Positions 36,952-46,378 of a stretch of 64,000 nucleotides of DNA are shown piece after piece (position 1 is the stretch's first letter; the number at the start of each line of letters is the position of its first letter). The notes under the pieces were generated by a model that saw nothing but the letters and a program-made list of their open reading frames with translations, was not told the origin of the DNA and searched no databases. Source of the DNA: Alphaproteobacteria bacterium (GTDB lineage Bacteria > Pseudomonadota > Alphaproteobacteria > Kiloniellales > DSM-21159); contig JAUILQ010000008.1 of assembly GCA_030433005.1 (NCBI GenBank), positions 17,106 through 81,105 on the forward strand. Reading direction: 5' to 3'. The position numbers and the translations under genes are program-made.

Positions 36952-37509
36952 ATGGCGATGGCATTGAGCCAGGCGCAGGGCGGCGTGTTGCGCGGCATGC
37001 TGGGCGCCGTTGCCGTGTCCCTCGCGGTGCTGGCCCTGGCGCTCTGGTGGGCGCCCGCTGCGCTCCAGCCGCCGGCGGCGCTGGCCGAGCGCCTGGCCGC
37101 GGCCTTGCGCTGGGAGGCCGGCGTGCTGCTCTGCCTGGTTCTGACGATCGGCAGCCTGGCCCGGCACCGCTTCTTCACCCCCGCCGATATCGACGGCAGC
37201 GGCCTGACCGCCGGCACGGACCGGGCACGCGTGCTGCAGGCGGTGCTGCAGAACACCCTGGAGCAGGCGGTCATCGCGGCGCTGGCGCACCTGCTGTGGG
37301 TCGCGGCGACGCCGGCGGCCTGGTTCGCCGCGATGCCCGCGGCGGTGCTGCTGTTCGTCGTCGGACGGCTCTGCTTCGTCGCCGGCTACGCGCGGGGCGC
37401 CCCGGCGCGGGCCTTCGGCTTCGCCCTGACCTTCTATCCGACGGTGCTGCTGACGCTCGGCGCCCTGGCCGCGCTGGCCTGGCGGGGCCTCGGCGGCGAG
37501 GGCTCCTGA
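36952..37509 (+). CDS. MAPEG-like membrane protein
   Basis: Four TM helices. The loop ARHRFFTPADIDGS and QNTLEQ resemble MAPEG-family signatures. By eye only. Confidence 0.5.
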   Translation: MAMALSQAQGGVLRGMLGAVAVSLAVLALALWWAPAALQPPAALAERLAAALRWEAGVLLCLVLTIGSLARHRFFTPADIDGSGLTAGTDRARVLQAVLQNTLEQAVIAALAHLLWVAATPAAWFAAMPAAVLLFVVGRLCFVAGYARGAPARAFGFALTFYPTVLLTLGALAALAWRGLGGEGS

Positions 37510-37520
37510 GGCCGGCGCCG

Positions 37521-38684
37521 TCAGCCCGCCTCGGGGTCCGGCGCGGGCGGGGCCGCCGGCTGCTCCAGCAGCTGCTGGGCGAAGCCGACGTAGAGCCCGG
37601 CCAGGCTGTCCCAGGACTTCGGCCCCAGCGCCGTCTCGACCGCGGCCTCGGAGCAGCGGCTGTAGAGCCGCGGCGACTCGATCAGCTCCATGACCGCCTG
37701 GGCGAAGGCCTCGCCGCTCAGCGCCTTGGCGACCACGCCGGTGCCGTAGCCGGCGATCTCCTCGGCCAGGCCGCCGACCGGCGTCGAGACCGCGGGCAGG
37801 GCGGCGAACTCGGCCGCCGCCAGGGCGCCCGACTGGCTGGCCTCGCGGTAGGGCAGCAGCAGCATGTCGGCCTCGGCCAGCATGTCGCCGATCTCCTCCT
37901 CGCCGATCCAGCGGTTCTCCCACTGCAGGCCCGGCAGGTTGCGCAGGCCGGCGCCGTAGAGGCTCTCGTCGCCGCGCCCGGCGATGTTGAGGCGCACCCG
38001 CGTGCCGTAGCGCCGGCGCAGCAGCTTGTAGGCGTCGGCCAGGATGTCGATGCCCTTGTACTCCAGCACCCGGCCGAAGAAGAGCAGCTCGATGGCGCGG
38101 TTCTCCGGCAGGCTGCGCACCGGATGCGGGGTTTCGCCGAAGGAGAAGCTGCCGTGCGGGATCACCGCGCTGCGCTCGGGCGGCAGGTCGGGCCGCCGGG
38201 CCTGGAGCTGGCCGGCGACGTGGTGGGTCAGCGCGATCAGCGCGTCGGCCTGGGCGATGTCGCGGGTGAGGGTCCAGCGCCTGAGCCGGCTGCTCTCGCC
38301 GGGATGCGGCTCGGCGTCGTGCGCGACCAGACAGTAGGGCAGGCCGGCGCGCTTCAGGGTCGGGGCCACGAAGGGCGACCAGAGATGGCTCATGGTCGAG
38401 ATCACCAGGTCGACCTGCTGCTCGCGCAGGAACTGCACGAAGCGCCGGCGCAGCAGCGGCAGGCGCAGGAAGCCGGCGGCGTAGCCGCGCGCGCTGCTGT
38501 AGGTGTCGACCTCGTAGGACGGCAGGCCGAGCTCGCGCATCGGCTCGGCGTAGTCGCTCTGCCGCGAGAAGCTGAGCGCCAGCTCGACGTCGTCGCGCCG
38601 CTGCAGCGCGCGCGCCAGCTCCCAGGTGTAGCGCGGGCCGCCGCCCTTGCGGTTCCAGTGCCAGAGCAGGATGCGCGGGGTCAT
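37521..38684 (-). CDS. Glycosyltransferase, GT-B fold, GT4-like
   Basis: C-terminal half has the EX7E-type region (LLLPYREASQSGALAAAEFAALPAVSTPVGGLAEEI). LLFFGRVLEYKGID. 4-nt overlap with the upstream gene. Confidence 0.88.
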   Translation of the reverse strand: MTPRILLWHWNRKGGGPRYTWELARALQRRDDVELALSFSRQSDYAEPMRELGLPSYEVDTYSSARGYAAGFLRLPLLRRRFVQFLREQQVDLVISTMSHLWSPFVAPTLKRAGLPYCLVAHDAEPHPGESSRLRRWTLTRDIAQADALIALTHHVAGQLQARRPDLPPERSAVIPHGSFSFGETPHPVRSLPENRAIELLFFGRVLEYKGIDILADAYKLLRRRYGTRVRLNIAGRGDESLYGAGLRNLPGLQWENRWIGEEEIGDMLAEADMLLLPYREASQSGALAAAEFAALPAVSTPVGGLAEEIAGYGTGVVAKALSGEAFAQAVMELIESPRLYSRCSEAAVETALGPKSWDSLAGLYVGFAQQLLEQPAAPPAPDPEAG

Positions 38685-40438
38685 CGCGCCTCCGCGGGCG
38701 CCCGGGTGGCGGCCTGGGGGGCGACGGGCTGCCGCTCGGCCGGGAAGACGAAGGGCCGGCGCTTGAGAATGCCGTCGCAGATCGTGTCGAGGCCGGGCGT
38801 GGCGCCGGGCCGCAGGGCGGCGAGCCCGTCGAGCCGGGGCCGGTAGGGCGGCCAGGCGCCGGTCGGTTCCATGAAGGGCAGGGGAATCATCCGTCGGAAG
38901 AAGAAGTGATAGGCGTAGCGCCGGGCGCGCGCCACCGTGTCGCCGTCGAGCCGCCGGCCGGCCGGCAGCTCGGCGAGCAGCTCGCGGTAGTGCGACGGAC
39001 TGGCGGCGTCGCGGGTCAGGCCCTTGTTGCGGATCCAGGCCTCGCCGGCAACGATCGTCGGTATGCCCATGGCCGTCAGCTCGACTCCCATCTTGGTGCC
39101 GTAGATCAACGCGCTGTCGCAGAGCTCCAGCAGGGCGTAGGTGCTAACCGGACTTTCTGGCGGGACGATGAAAACATTGCCGGGCAAACGGGGAAACCGC
39201 CTTGCGAGTTCGTCGGCGACACGCTCGCGCGAGGCCGGGGTGCCCTTGAGCTCGGCCGGGTGCACGCGGATCGCCAGCTGCAGGTCCGGCCGCTCGGCGA
39301 AGGCGCGGATGCTGTCCTCGACCCAGTCCATCATCGAGGCGAAGGCGTTGGCCGGATAGTGCAGCTGGGCGTCCCAGACGACGTTGGTCAGCAGCCCGAC
39401 GGTCGGCTTGCCGGGATCGAGCCCGAGCTGCCCGGCGATCCAGCCGCTCTCGAAGCGCGGCGCCTCGTGGAACCAGATCCAGTCGCCGGCGCCGGTCCAG
39501 CGGCTCTTCAGGTAGTCCAGGATCTCGGCCTCGCGGCCGGCCTCGAGCGGCAGCGCGTCCCAGGCCTCGGTCGGCTCGTCCATCAGCGTGTGGTGGTAGG
39601 TGTCGTCGTGGCTGAAGATGAAGCAGTGCCGGCGGTAGGCCGGGTTCCAGGTGACGACCTTGGCGCCGGCGGCGCGCGCGCCCAGCACCGCCGGCCCCTG
39701 GGGCACGTAGATGCCGTGATGGGCGACGACGATTTCGAAGCCCTGTTCGGCGACCAGGCGGCGCACCGCCAGGAAGGTCAGCAGCGCGGCGTGCAGGTAG
39801 CGGCGCAGCACCGCCTCGCCGCTCGGCTCGTCGTCGAGCGAGCCCTTGGCGAAGAAGCGCAGGGCGCCGGCCAGCGCCTGCTCGCCGAGCGGCGCGCCCT
39901 CGAAGCGCAGCGCCGGGATCTCGGCGGCCGGCGTCTCGGCGGCGAGGTCCGCGGCGCGGCCGCGGTCCTCGGCGGACAGCCACTGGCCGTAGGTAAGGAC
40001 CGGCAATCCGCTGGTCGCGAAGCCGTCGGCGGCGGGCGCGTAGCACTGTCCGCAGAGCTCCGAGGGGCCCTTGCGCACGAAGCGGCCGGGATCGGGGTAC
40101 CAGCCCGCCTCGGCCATCTGGCAGGCCGGCAGCGCCGAGTCGCACAGCAGGGTCGAGACGCGCGCGCCGCGCAGCGTCAGCGCGACGCCGAGCATCGAAT
40201 CGAAGCCGGCGAGGCCGAGGTGCCCGCCGATGCCGGTGGCGACCAGCACCTTCGGGCCGCCTGCCGACTCGCGGGCGGACTCCCAGGCCGGCCAGTCGTC
40301 GCCGAGCAGCGCGCGCCAGTCGGGGTGGCCGCCGTGCCGCGCGATGCGGCGCAGCCGCGCCATGCGTAGCGGCCGCACGACCGGCAGGCCGCGCAGCCGC
40401 GCCTTCAGGGCCTTTCGGAGCTCTCCCGCAACGGCCAT
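38681..40438 (-). CDS. Capsule polysaccharide biosynthesis-type protein (Capsule_synth / KpsC-KpsS-like fold suspected)
   Basis: 585 aa. IRVHPAE plus CDSALIYGTKMGVELTAMGIPTIVAGEAW resemble the HP and nucleotide-sugar-binding segments of KpsS/KpsC-type transferases. Basic N-terminus. Start ATG 40438. Confidence 0.6.
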   Translation of the reverse strand: MAVAGELRKALKARLRGLPVVRPLRMARLRRIARHGGHPDWRALLGDDWPAWESARESAGGPKVLVATGIGGHLGLAGFDSMLGVALTLRGARVSTLLCDSALPACQMAEAGWYPDPGRFVRKGPSELCGQCYAPAADGFATSGLPVLTYGQWLSAEDRGRAADLAAETPAAEIPALRFEGAPLGEQALAGALRFFAKGSLDDEPSGEAVLRRYLHAALLTFLAVRRLVAEQGFEIVVAHHGIYVPQGPAVLGARAAGAKVVTWNPAYRRHCFIFSHDDTYHHTLMDEPTEAWDALPLEAGREAEILDYLKSRWTGAGDWIWFHEAPRFESGWIAGQLGLDPGKPTVGLLTNVVWDAQLHYPANAFASMMDWVEDSIRAFAERPDLQLAIRVHPAELKGTPASRERVADELARRFPRLPGNVFIVPPESPVSTYALLELCDSALIYGTKMGVELTAMGIPTIVAGEAWIRNKGLTRDAASPSHYRELLAELPAGRRLDGDTVARARRYAYHFFFRRMIPLPFMEPTGAWPPYRPRLDGLAALRPGATPGLDTICDGILKRRPFVFPAERQPVAPQAATRAPAEAR

Positions 40439-40452
40439 CGCCGTCGCGGCCG

Positions 40453-42384
40453 CTAGTGCGACAGCGTGGCGGCGATGCCCGCGGCCAGGCTCTCGGCGTC
40501 GAGGCCGGCGTGCTTCAGCACGTCGGCGTGGGTGCCGGAGGCCGGCACCTCGGTGAGGCCGAAGCGCCGGGCCTTGAGGCCGCCCAGGCCCTGCTCGAAG
40601 GCCGCGGTCATGATGCGCTCGCCCTGGCCGCCGTCGAGGTAGTGGTTGTCGAGCGTGAAGAGCGCCGACTTGCCGGCCAGGGTCTTGGCCAGCCAGGCGC
40701 CGTCGACGCGGTTCAGCCAGGGCAGGTTGACGACCTCCAGTCCGATGCCGCGCTCCTTCAGCAGGTCGGCGGCGGCGCAGGCCTGGGCCAGCATGACCAT
40801 GCCGTAGGCGATGATCACCGCCTCGCCGTCGTGGCCGCCGACGCGCACGCCGTGGCCGAGCGAGGGCTTGTAGCCGGCCGGCAGCGAGAAGGGCAGCGGC
40901 CAGGGCACCGAGGTCATGCGGAAGTAGCTCGAGCCCTCGGTCTCCTCGACCGCCCAGTCGACCAGCGGGCCGACCTCCTCGGGGCAGGAGGGCTCGACGA
41001 TGGTCAGGCCGGGCATGCCGCCGACCGCGGCGATGTCGCGCACCGACTGGTGCGAGTGGCCCGGGCCGCCGGGGACCATGCCGGCCAGCCAGCCGACGTA
41101 GATGACCTTCGTGTGCTCGGTGGCGTTGTTGTAGATCTGCTCGTTCGGCCGGGTCGACAGGAAGCAGGCGAAGGAGTTGCAGACCGGGATCATGCCCTTC
41201 AGCGCCATGCCGCCGGCCTGGCTGACCATGTCCATCTCGGCGATGCCGCACTCGACCGTGCGCTCCGGGAAGCGCTCGCGGAAGGGGATCAGGCCGGTGT
41301 CGAGCAGCAGGTCGGCGTCGAGCGCGACCAGGTTGTCGTGGCGCTCGGCGGCCTTGATCAGCGCCTCGGTGTAGGCCGGCAGCAGCCGCTTGGTCTCGCC
41401 CGGCTGCGGTGCCGGCTTGTTCTGGACGGTCTCCAGCTCCAGCTTCTCGGCGCCGGCGGCGTCGAGCTGCGCGTTGATGCTGTCGATCAGCTCCTGCGCC
41501 GCCTTGGTGTACTGGTCGGCCTTGGGCGCGCCGGAATGGAAGGTGTACTGGGCGGCGTCCGACTCCATGGCGGTGTGCTCCATGAAGGAGACGCCCTTGC
41601 CCTTGATGGTGTCGCAGATGATGACCTGCGGCACCTCGGCCTTCTTGCAGCGCTCCAGCGCCGCGGCGAGCTGGCCGAGGTCGTGGCCGTCGATGCGCTC
41701 GACGTGCCAGCCGAAGGCGGCGAACTTGGCCGGCAGGTCGCCGAGGTCGCTGGTCTGGGTCAGCAGGTAGTCGGACTGCAGCTTGTTGTGGTCGACGACC
41801 ACGGTGATCTCGCTCAGCTTGTGGTTCGCCGCCGAGACCAGCGACTCCCAGATCTGGCCCTCCTGCAGCTCGCCGTCGCCGGTCATCACGTAGATCCGCG
41901 CGTCGATGCCGCGCCGGCGGTGCGCGAAGGCCATGCCCTTGGCCTTGGAGATGCCCATGCCGAGCGCGCCGGTGTTGGTCACCATGTTCGGCGTGCGCAC
42001 GTCGGGGTGGCCGGGCAGGCCGTCGACCTGGCGCAGCTTGTGGACGAACTCGGCCGGCAGCTTGCCGAGCGCGATCATCACGGCGTAGAGGCCGGGCGCG
42101 TCGTGGCCCTTGGACGAGAAGTAGAGGTCGCGGTTGCTGCCGTCGTCGTTGGCGCGCATGTCGTTGAGGTGCAGCCAGGAAACGATGTCCATCGACGAGA
42201 AGCTGGAGCCGATGTGGCCCGAGCCGGCGCGCGCGATCATGTAGAGCGCGTTGAGCCGGGCCATGTCCGAGAAGATGCGCGTGCGCACCGCCGGCTCGGC
42301 GTTGAGGCTGCGGATCCGGTCGAACTCCTTGGTCTCCGCGTAGTAAAGCGCGCCCTCGACGGCCTTGCCGATCAACTCACCCAC
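40453..42384 (-). CDS. Transketolase-family ThDP enzyme, N- and C-terminal halves fused (643 aa)
   Basis: GSGHIGSSFSSMDIVSWL, ThDP motif GDGELQEGQIWES, Pyr-domain CGIAEMDMVSQAGGMA, and a C-terminal transketolase domain. Confidence 0.88.
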   Translation of the reverse strand: MGELIGKAVEGALYYAETKEFDRIRSLNAEPAVRTRIFSDMARLNALYMIARAGSGHIGSSFSSMDIVSWLHLNDMRANDDGSNRDLYFSSKGHDAPGLYAVMIALGKLPAEFVHKLRQVDGLPGHPDVRTPNMVTNTGALGMGISKAKGMAFAHRRRGIDARIYVMTGDGELQEGQIWESLVSAANHKLSEITVVVDHNKLQSDYLLTQTSDLGDLPAKFAAFGWHVERIDGHDLGQLAAALERCKKAEVPQVIICDTIKGKGVSFMEHTAMESDAAQYTFHSGAPKADQYTKAAQELIDSINAQLDAAGAEKLELETVQNKPAPQPGETKRLLPAYTEALIKAAERHDNLVALDADLLLDTGLIPFRERFPERTVECGIAEMDMVSQAGGMALKGMIPVCNSFACFLSTRPNEQIYNNATEHTKVIYVGWLAGMVPGGPGHSHQSVRDIAAVGGMPGLTIVEPSCPEEVGPLVDWAVEETEGSSYFRMTSVPWPLPFSLPAGYKPSLGHGVRVGGHDGEAVIIAYGMVMLAQACAAADLLKERGIGLEVVNLPWLNRVDGAWLAKTLAGKSALFTLDNHYLDGGQGERIMTAAFEQGLGGLKARRFGLTEVPASGTHADVLKHAGLDAESLAAGIAATLSH

Positions 42385-42424
42385 GGTCTTCGCTCCCTCG
42401 TTCTGTCAGGTCCGGGCAGGGTCC

Positions 42425-43186
42425 TCAGGACCCTGCCCAGGGCTCCACGGCGACCGGCGGCAGCGTCGCCTGGCCCTCGGCCAGCAGGTGCTGCGCGTAC
42501 CACCAGTCTTCCATGTCGTTGATGTCGAAGCCCTCCATCGCGTCGGTCAGGAAGGGCATCAGGACGGTGCCCGCGATCGTGCCGCCCTCCAGGGCGACCC
42601 GGGTCCAGGCGATCTCCAGGCTGGCGTTCTGCACGTGGACCGTCGGCAGGCTGGCCATCTGGCTGGAGTGCCAGGGCGTCTCGCCTTCCTTGGTCAGCGG
42701 CATCAGAGGGTACATGCGGCGGCCGCGCACGACCCACATCTTGCCGGGGTGCTGGCGGACCTTCTCGACCGCGCGCAGGGAATCGACGCCCTCCTCGGCC
42801 AGGAACTCCTGCCAGGCGCGCCGGATCGTCTCCGGCTGGCGGAACGGGCTGGTCGGCCGCAGGATCGAGAAGGCGTCGCGGCCGCGGCCCTGCTCGGACA
42901 GCATCTTCAGGGTGTAGACGATCCACTCGATGTCGGGCGAGGTCGAGGAGGCGAACTCCGCCGGCCGCAGGCCCGGCACCTCGGCGCCGTAGTGGCGGGC
43001 GATCTCGGCGTAGGCCTCGCTGTCGGTCGAGACCAGCACCTCGGAGAAGACGCCGGACTCGATCGCGGCGCGGATCGTGTAGGCCATGACCGGGTGGTCG
43101 CCGAGGCGCCGGATGTTCTTGTCGGCGACCCGCTTGGAGCCTGAGCGGGCCGGGATCAGCGCGACGCAGCGGGGGGTGTCGGTCAT
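42425..43186 (-). CDS. Acylneuraminate cytidylyltransferase-family CMP-ulosonic acid synthetase (NeuA/CTP_transf_3)
   Basis: ALIPARSGSKRVADKNIRRLGDHPVMAYTI is the canonical NeuA/KdsB-like N-terminus. 253 aa. Confidence 0.85.
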   Translation of the reverse strand: MTDTPRCVALIPARSGSKRVADKNIRRLGDHPVMAYTIRAAIESGVFSEVLVSTDSEAYAEIARHYGAEVPGLRPAEFASSTSPDIEWIVYTLKMLSEQGRGRDAFSILRPTSPFRQPETIRRAWQEFLAEEGVDSLRAVEKVRQHPGKMWVVRGRRMYPLMPLTKEGETPWHSSQMASLPTVHVQNASLEIAWTRVALEGGTIAGTVLMPFLTDAMEGFDINDMEDWWYAQHLLAEGQATLPPVAVEPWAGS

Positions 43187-43204
43187 GGCGGCGCGGGCGA
43201 GGTT

Positions 43205-44659
43205 CTAGAGCTTGGCGGGATCGACGTTGAGGTAGATGTCCTTGAGCTCGCTGTAGACGTCCAGCGCCTCGGTGCCCGGCTCGCGGCTGCCGTTGCCCGA
43301 CTGCTTGGGGCCGCCGAAGGGCATGTGCGGCTCCGAGCCGTAGGTGCCGGCATTGACCACCGTGGCGCCGGCCTGGACCGCGTGGCTGAACGCCAGGGCG
43401 CGGTCGACGCTGCGCGTGTGGATGCAGGCGGTCAGGCCGTAGGGGTGGTTGTTCGCCGCCGCCAGGGCGTGGGCGAAGTCGCGCACCCGGTAGAGGCAGG
43501 CGACCGGGCCGAACAGCTCGACCTGGGAGATCTCGTCGTCGGGGGCGGCGCCCTCGACCACGGTCGGCGCCAGGTAGCAGCCCTTGTCGCCGACCCGCTT
43601 TCCGCCGGTCAGCACCTTGGCGCCCTTCTTGGCGGCCCGGTCGATGGCGCCCAGCATGTTGCCGAGCTGGCGCTCGTTGATCACCGGGCCGAGGTCGCAG
43701 TCCTCCTCGACGCCCAGCTTCTGCTGCTCGGTCGCCGCGACCAGCTTGTCGCGGAAGGCCTCGTAGACGCTCTCGAAGACCAGGAAGCGGCTGCCGGCGG
43801 CGCAGCGCTGGCCGGCGTTCGAATAGGCCGACAGGCAGGCCCACTTGACCGCGTGGTCGATGTCGGCGTCGTCGCAGACCACGAAGGGGTTCTTGCCGCC
43901 GAGCTCGAGCGACAGCTTCTTGAGCTGCCGGCCGCAGGACTCGGCGATGCGCCGGCCGACCGCGGTCGAGCCGGTGAACGACAGGACGTCGACGCCCGGG
44001 TGGTCGACCAGCGGCTGGCCGGCCTCTGCGCCCAGGCCGTGGACGACGTTGAGCACGCCCCTGGGCAGCCCGGCCTCCTCGGCGATCTTAGCCATCAGCC
44101 AGGCCGAGACCGGCGTGTCCTCGGCCGACTTCAGCACCACGCCGTTGCCGCAGATCAGCGCCGGGAAGACCTTCCAGGCGAAGTTCGGGGCGGGCGTGTT
44201 GGCGGCGATGATCAGGCCGGCGACGCCGCAGGGCTGGCGCACCGTCATGTTGTACTTGTTGGGCGTGCCGCTCGGCATGGTGCGGCCGAACAGGCGCTGG
44301 CCCTCGCCGGCGAAGAAGCGGCCGCACTGGATGGCGCCGCCGACCTCGCCCTTGGAGTCCTTCAGGCGCTTGCCGGCCTCGGCCGCGACCGCCGCGGCGA
44401 TCTCGTCGGCGCGCGCCTCCAGGGCGTTCATCACCTGGTGCAGGATGTGGCCGCGCTGCACGGCCGGCATCGCCGCCCAGGCCGGCTGCGCCGCGCGCGC
44501 CGCGGCGACCGCCTCGGAGACGTCGTGCGCCTCGGAGGCGGCGACCTGGCAGATCTCGCTGCCGTCGTGAGGATTGACGTTGGCGAAGCTGCGGCCGCTC
44601 TCGGCCGGCCGCTCTTCGCCACCGATCAGGTTCGGCAGGATCGAAGGCAGGTCGGTCAT
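43205..44659 (-). CDS. NAD(P)+-dependent aldehyde dehydrogenase
   Basis: Catalytic Glu and Cys contexts (LELGGKNP, GQRCAAGSR), FTGSTAVGR. 484 aa. Confidence 0.9.
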   Translation of the reverse strand: MTDLPSILPNLIGGEERPAESGRSFANVNPHDGSEICQVAASEAHDVSEAVAAARAAQPAWAAMPAVQRGHILHQVMNALEARADEIAAAVAAEAGKRLKDSKGEVGGAIQCGRFFAGEGQRLFGRTMPSGTPNKYNMTVRQPCGVAGLIIAANTPAPNFAWKVFPALICGNGVVLKSAEDTPVSAWLMAKIAEEAGLPRGVLNVVHGLGAEAGQPLVDHPGVDVLSFTGSTAVGRRIAESCGRQLKKLSLELGGKNPFVVCDDADIDHAVKWACLSAYSNAGQRCAAGSRFLVFESVYEAFRDKLVAATEQQKLGVEEDCDLGPVINERQLGNMLGAIDRAAKKGAKVLTGGKRVGDKGCYLAPTVVEGAAPDDEISQVELFGPVACLYRVRDFAHALAAANNHPYGLTACIHTRSVDRALAFSHAVQAGATVVNAGTYGSEPHMPFGGPKQSGNGSREPGTEALDVYSELKDIYLNVDPAKL

Positions 44660-44782
44660 GTCGGGTCGATGGCCTTGCTGGGGCTGGTCGGGAAAGGGCG
44701 GGAGTCGCTTCCGGAGGGCCTCAGGAAGGTGCCGCTCGCACGCTCGGGCAGGGCTTCCGGAGGCCGGGACCGCGGGCGGCCG

Positions 44783-45610
44783 CTACCAGGCCGTGAAACC
44801 GCCGTCGATCGTGAGATTGGCCCCGGTCATATAGCCCGAGGCCTTGGACATCAAGAAGATAATCGTGCCGTTGTAGTCGCCCTCGTCGGCCATCCGGCCG
44901 AGCGGCACCTTGGCGCAGTAGCGGTCCAGGAAGGCCGCGTCCTGGTTGTTGAAGACGCCGGCGAAGGTCACCGTGTTGACCCGCACGCCCTTCGGTCCCC
45001 AGTAGGTCGCGAGGTAGCGCGTCAGGTTGTAGAGCGAGGACTTGCTGGCGGAGTAGGCGACCGGCTTGAAGAAGGTCTCGCCGCGCTGGCGACGGTACTC
45101 GTAGAGGTTCTGGTCGGGCGAGACCAGGCCGTAGATCGAGGCGACGTTGACGATTGAGCCGCCGCCGGCCTCGGCCATGGCGCCGCCGAACACCTGGCAG
45201 CACAGGAAGGGGCCCTTGGCGTTGACCTCCATGACCTTGTCCCAGGAGGACTCGGGATAGGTCTCGAAGGGACCGGTCTCCTCGGCCGGCGAATCGGGGG
45301 GCGAGTCGAGCGCGGCGTTGTTGACCAGGCCGCTCGGGGTGGCCCAGCGCTCGGCGATGTGCCGGCGCGCCGCCTCCAGCGAGGCGCGGTCGGTAACGTC
45401 GGCGCCGACGAACAGCAGGTTCGGGTCCTCGGCCTGGTCGCCGAAGCGCTTGCGCACCAGCTCGGCGTCGAGCTCGAGGCCCGGGCCGCGGTCGAGCACC
45501 GCGACGCGCGCGCCGTGGGCGAGCAGCGCCAGGCTGAACTGCCGGCCGAGCTGGCCGAGGCCGCCGGTGACGACCACGACGTGGCCGTCGAGATCGAAGA
45601 GTCCGCTCAT
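44783..45610 (-). CDS. Classical short-chain dehydrogenase/reductase (SDR)
   Basis: VVVVTGGLGQLG cofactor motif, NNAA, catalytic YSASK. 275 aa. Confidence 0.9.
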   Translation of the reverse strand: MSGLFDLDGHVVVVTGGLGQLGRQFSLALLAHGARVAVLDRGPGLELDAELVRKRFGDQAEDPNLLFVGADVTDRASLEAARRHIAERWATPSGLVNNAALDSPPDSPAEETGPFETYPESSWDKVMEVNAKGPFLCCQVFGGAMAEAGGGSIVNVASIYGLVSPDQNLYEYRRQRGETFFKPVAYSASKSSLYNLTRYLATYWGPKGVRVNTVTFAGVFNNQDAAFLDRYCAKVPLGRMADEGDYNGTIIFLMSKASGYMTGANLTIDGGFTAW

Positions 45611-45649
45611 GCTTGCACCTTCTCCAGGGCTTCGAAGGACGGGCTGCCG

Positions 45650-46201
45650 TCAGGGATAGCGCGGCTCGACACCGCGCGCCGCGCCGATCGCGTCGCAGAC
45701 CTCGCGCACCGCGCCGTGGCCGCCGGTGCGGCGGGTCAGCCAGCGCACGTAGGGATGGATGTCCTCGTGGGCGTCGGCGACGCCGAGCGGCAGGCCGACC
45801 GCCTGCAGCAGCGGGATGTCGTTGACGTCGTTGCCGACGAAGCCGCAGTCGGCCAGCGCCAGGCCGCGCTCGGCGGCGACCTCGCGGGCCGCGGCGATCT
45901 TGTCGGACAGGCCCTGGCGGCAGCCGATCTTGAGCTTGCCGGCGCGCGCGGTGACCACAGGGTTGACCTCGGTCGAGAGGATGAAGCCCTCGACGCCGGC
46001 GCGCTCCAGCCGGCGCAGGCCGATGCCGTCGAAGCGGCTGGCGCGCACCGCCTCGCGGCCGTCCTCGAAGACGAAGACCGCGTTGTCGGTGAACACGCCG
46101 TCGAAGTCGAAGAACAGGAGGCGGATCGGCGCCTGCTGCTCGGCGAAGCGGGGGTCGGCCGGATCGATGGCGGCGGGAGGCGCCGAGGACATGGCGGGCA
46201 T
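45650..46201 (-). CDS. HAD-IIIA phosphatase, KdsC family (ulosonate-phosphate phosphatase type)
   Basis: IRLLFFDFDGVFTDN (DxD motif), RDG-type segment FDGIGLRRL, GNDVNDIPLLQAVG. Capless C0 size of 183 aa. Confidence 0.85.
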   Translation of the reverse strand: MPAMSSAPPAAIDPADPRFAEQQAPIRLLFFDFDGVFTDNAVFVFEDGREAVRASRFDGIGLRRLERAGVEGFILSTEVNPVVTARAGKLKIGCRQGLSDKIAAAREVAAERGLALADCGFVGNDVNDIPLLQAVGLPLGVADAHEDIHPYVRWLTRRTGGHGAVREVCDAIGAARGVEPRYP

Positions 46202-46274
46202 CGGGTCCCTGGGATGAGCGGCGACGCGAGGAATCGGAAGAGTGGCCGCCCCGGCTCGGGACGGGGCCGGCGCC

Positions 46275-46304
46275 CTTATAGGTCAGGGCCGAGCGCGCTG
46301 TCAT
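46275..46304 (-). promoter_or_regulatory. Candidate sigma70-type promoter of the KdsC-SDR-ALDH-NeuA-transketolase operon
   Basis: Minus strand reads ATGACA - 18 nt - TATAAG, about 75 nt upstream of the KdsC-like start. The -10 part belongs to a 15-mer repeated at 53802-53816. Confidence 0.3.
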
Positions 46305-46352
46305 CCCCGCCGGCCGCGCCGACGAGGCCGGGTACCGACCCGGGGCGAGGAC

Positions 46353-46378
46353 GCGCGGCGACAACGCGCGGCGACAAC
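46353..46378. repeat. Perfect 13-bp tandem duplication gcgcggcgacaac x2 in the divergent intergenic region
   Basis: Read directly. Confidence 0.9.

Noticed and set aside
40439-41251. Upstream extension of the Capsule_synth-like ORF (track ORF 38681..41251)
   Set aside because: The extension overlaps the 3' part of the transketolase gene in another frame and is Arg/Gly/Pro-rich. ATG 40438 sits 14 nt after the transketolase stop and starts protein-like sequence.
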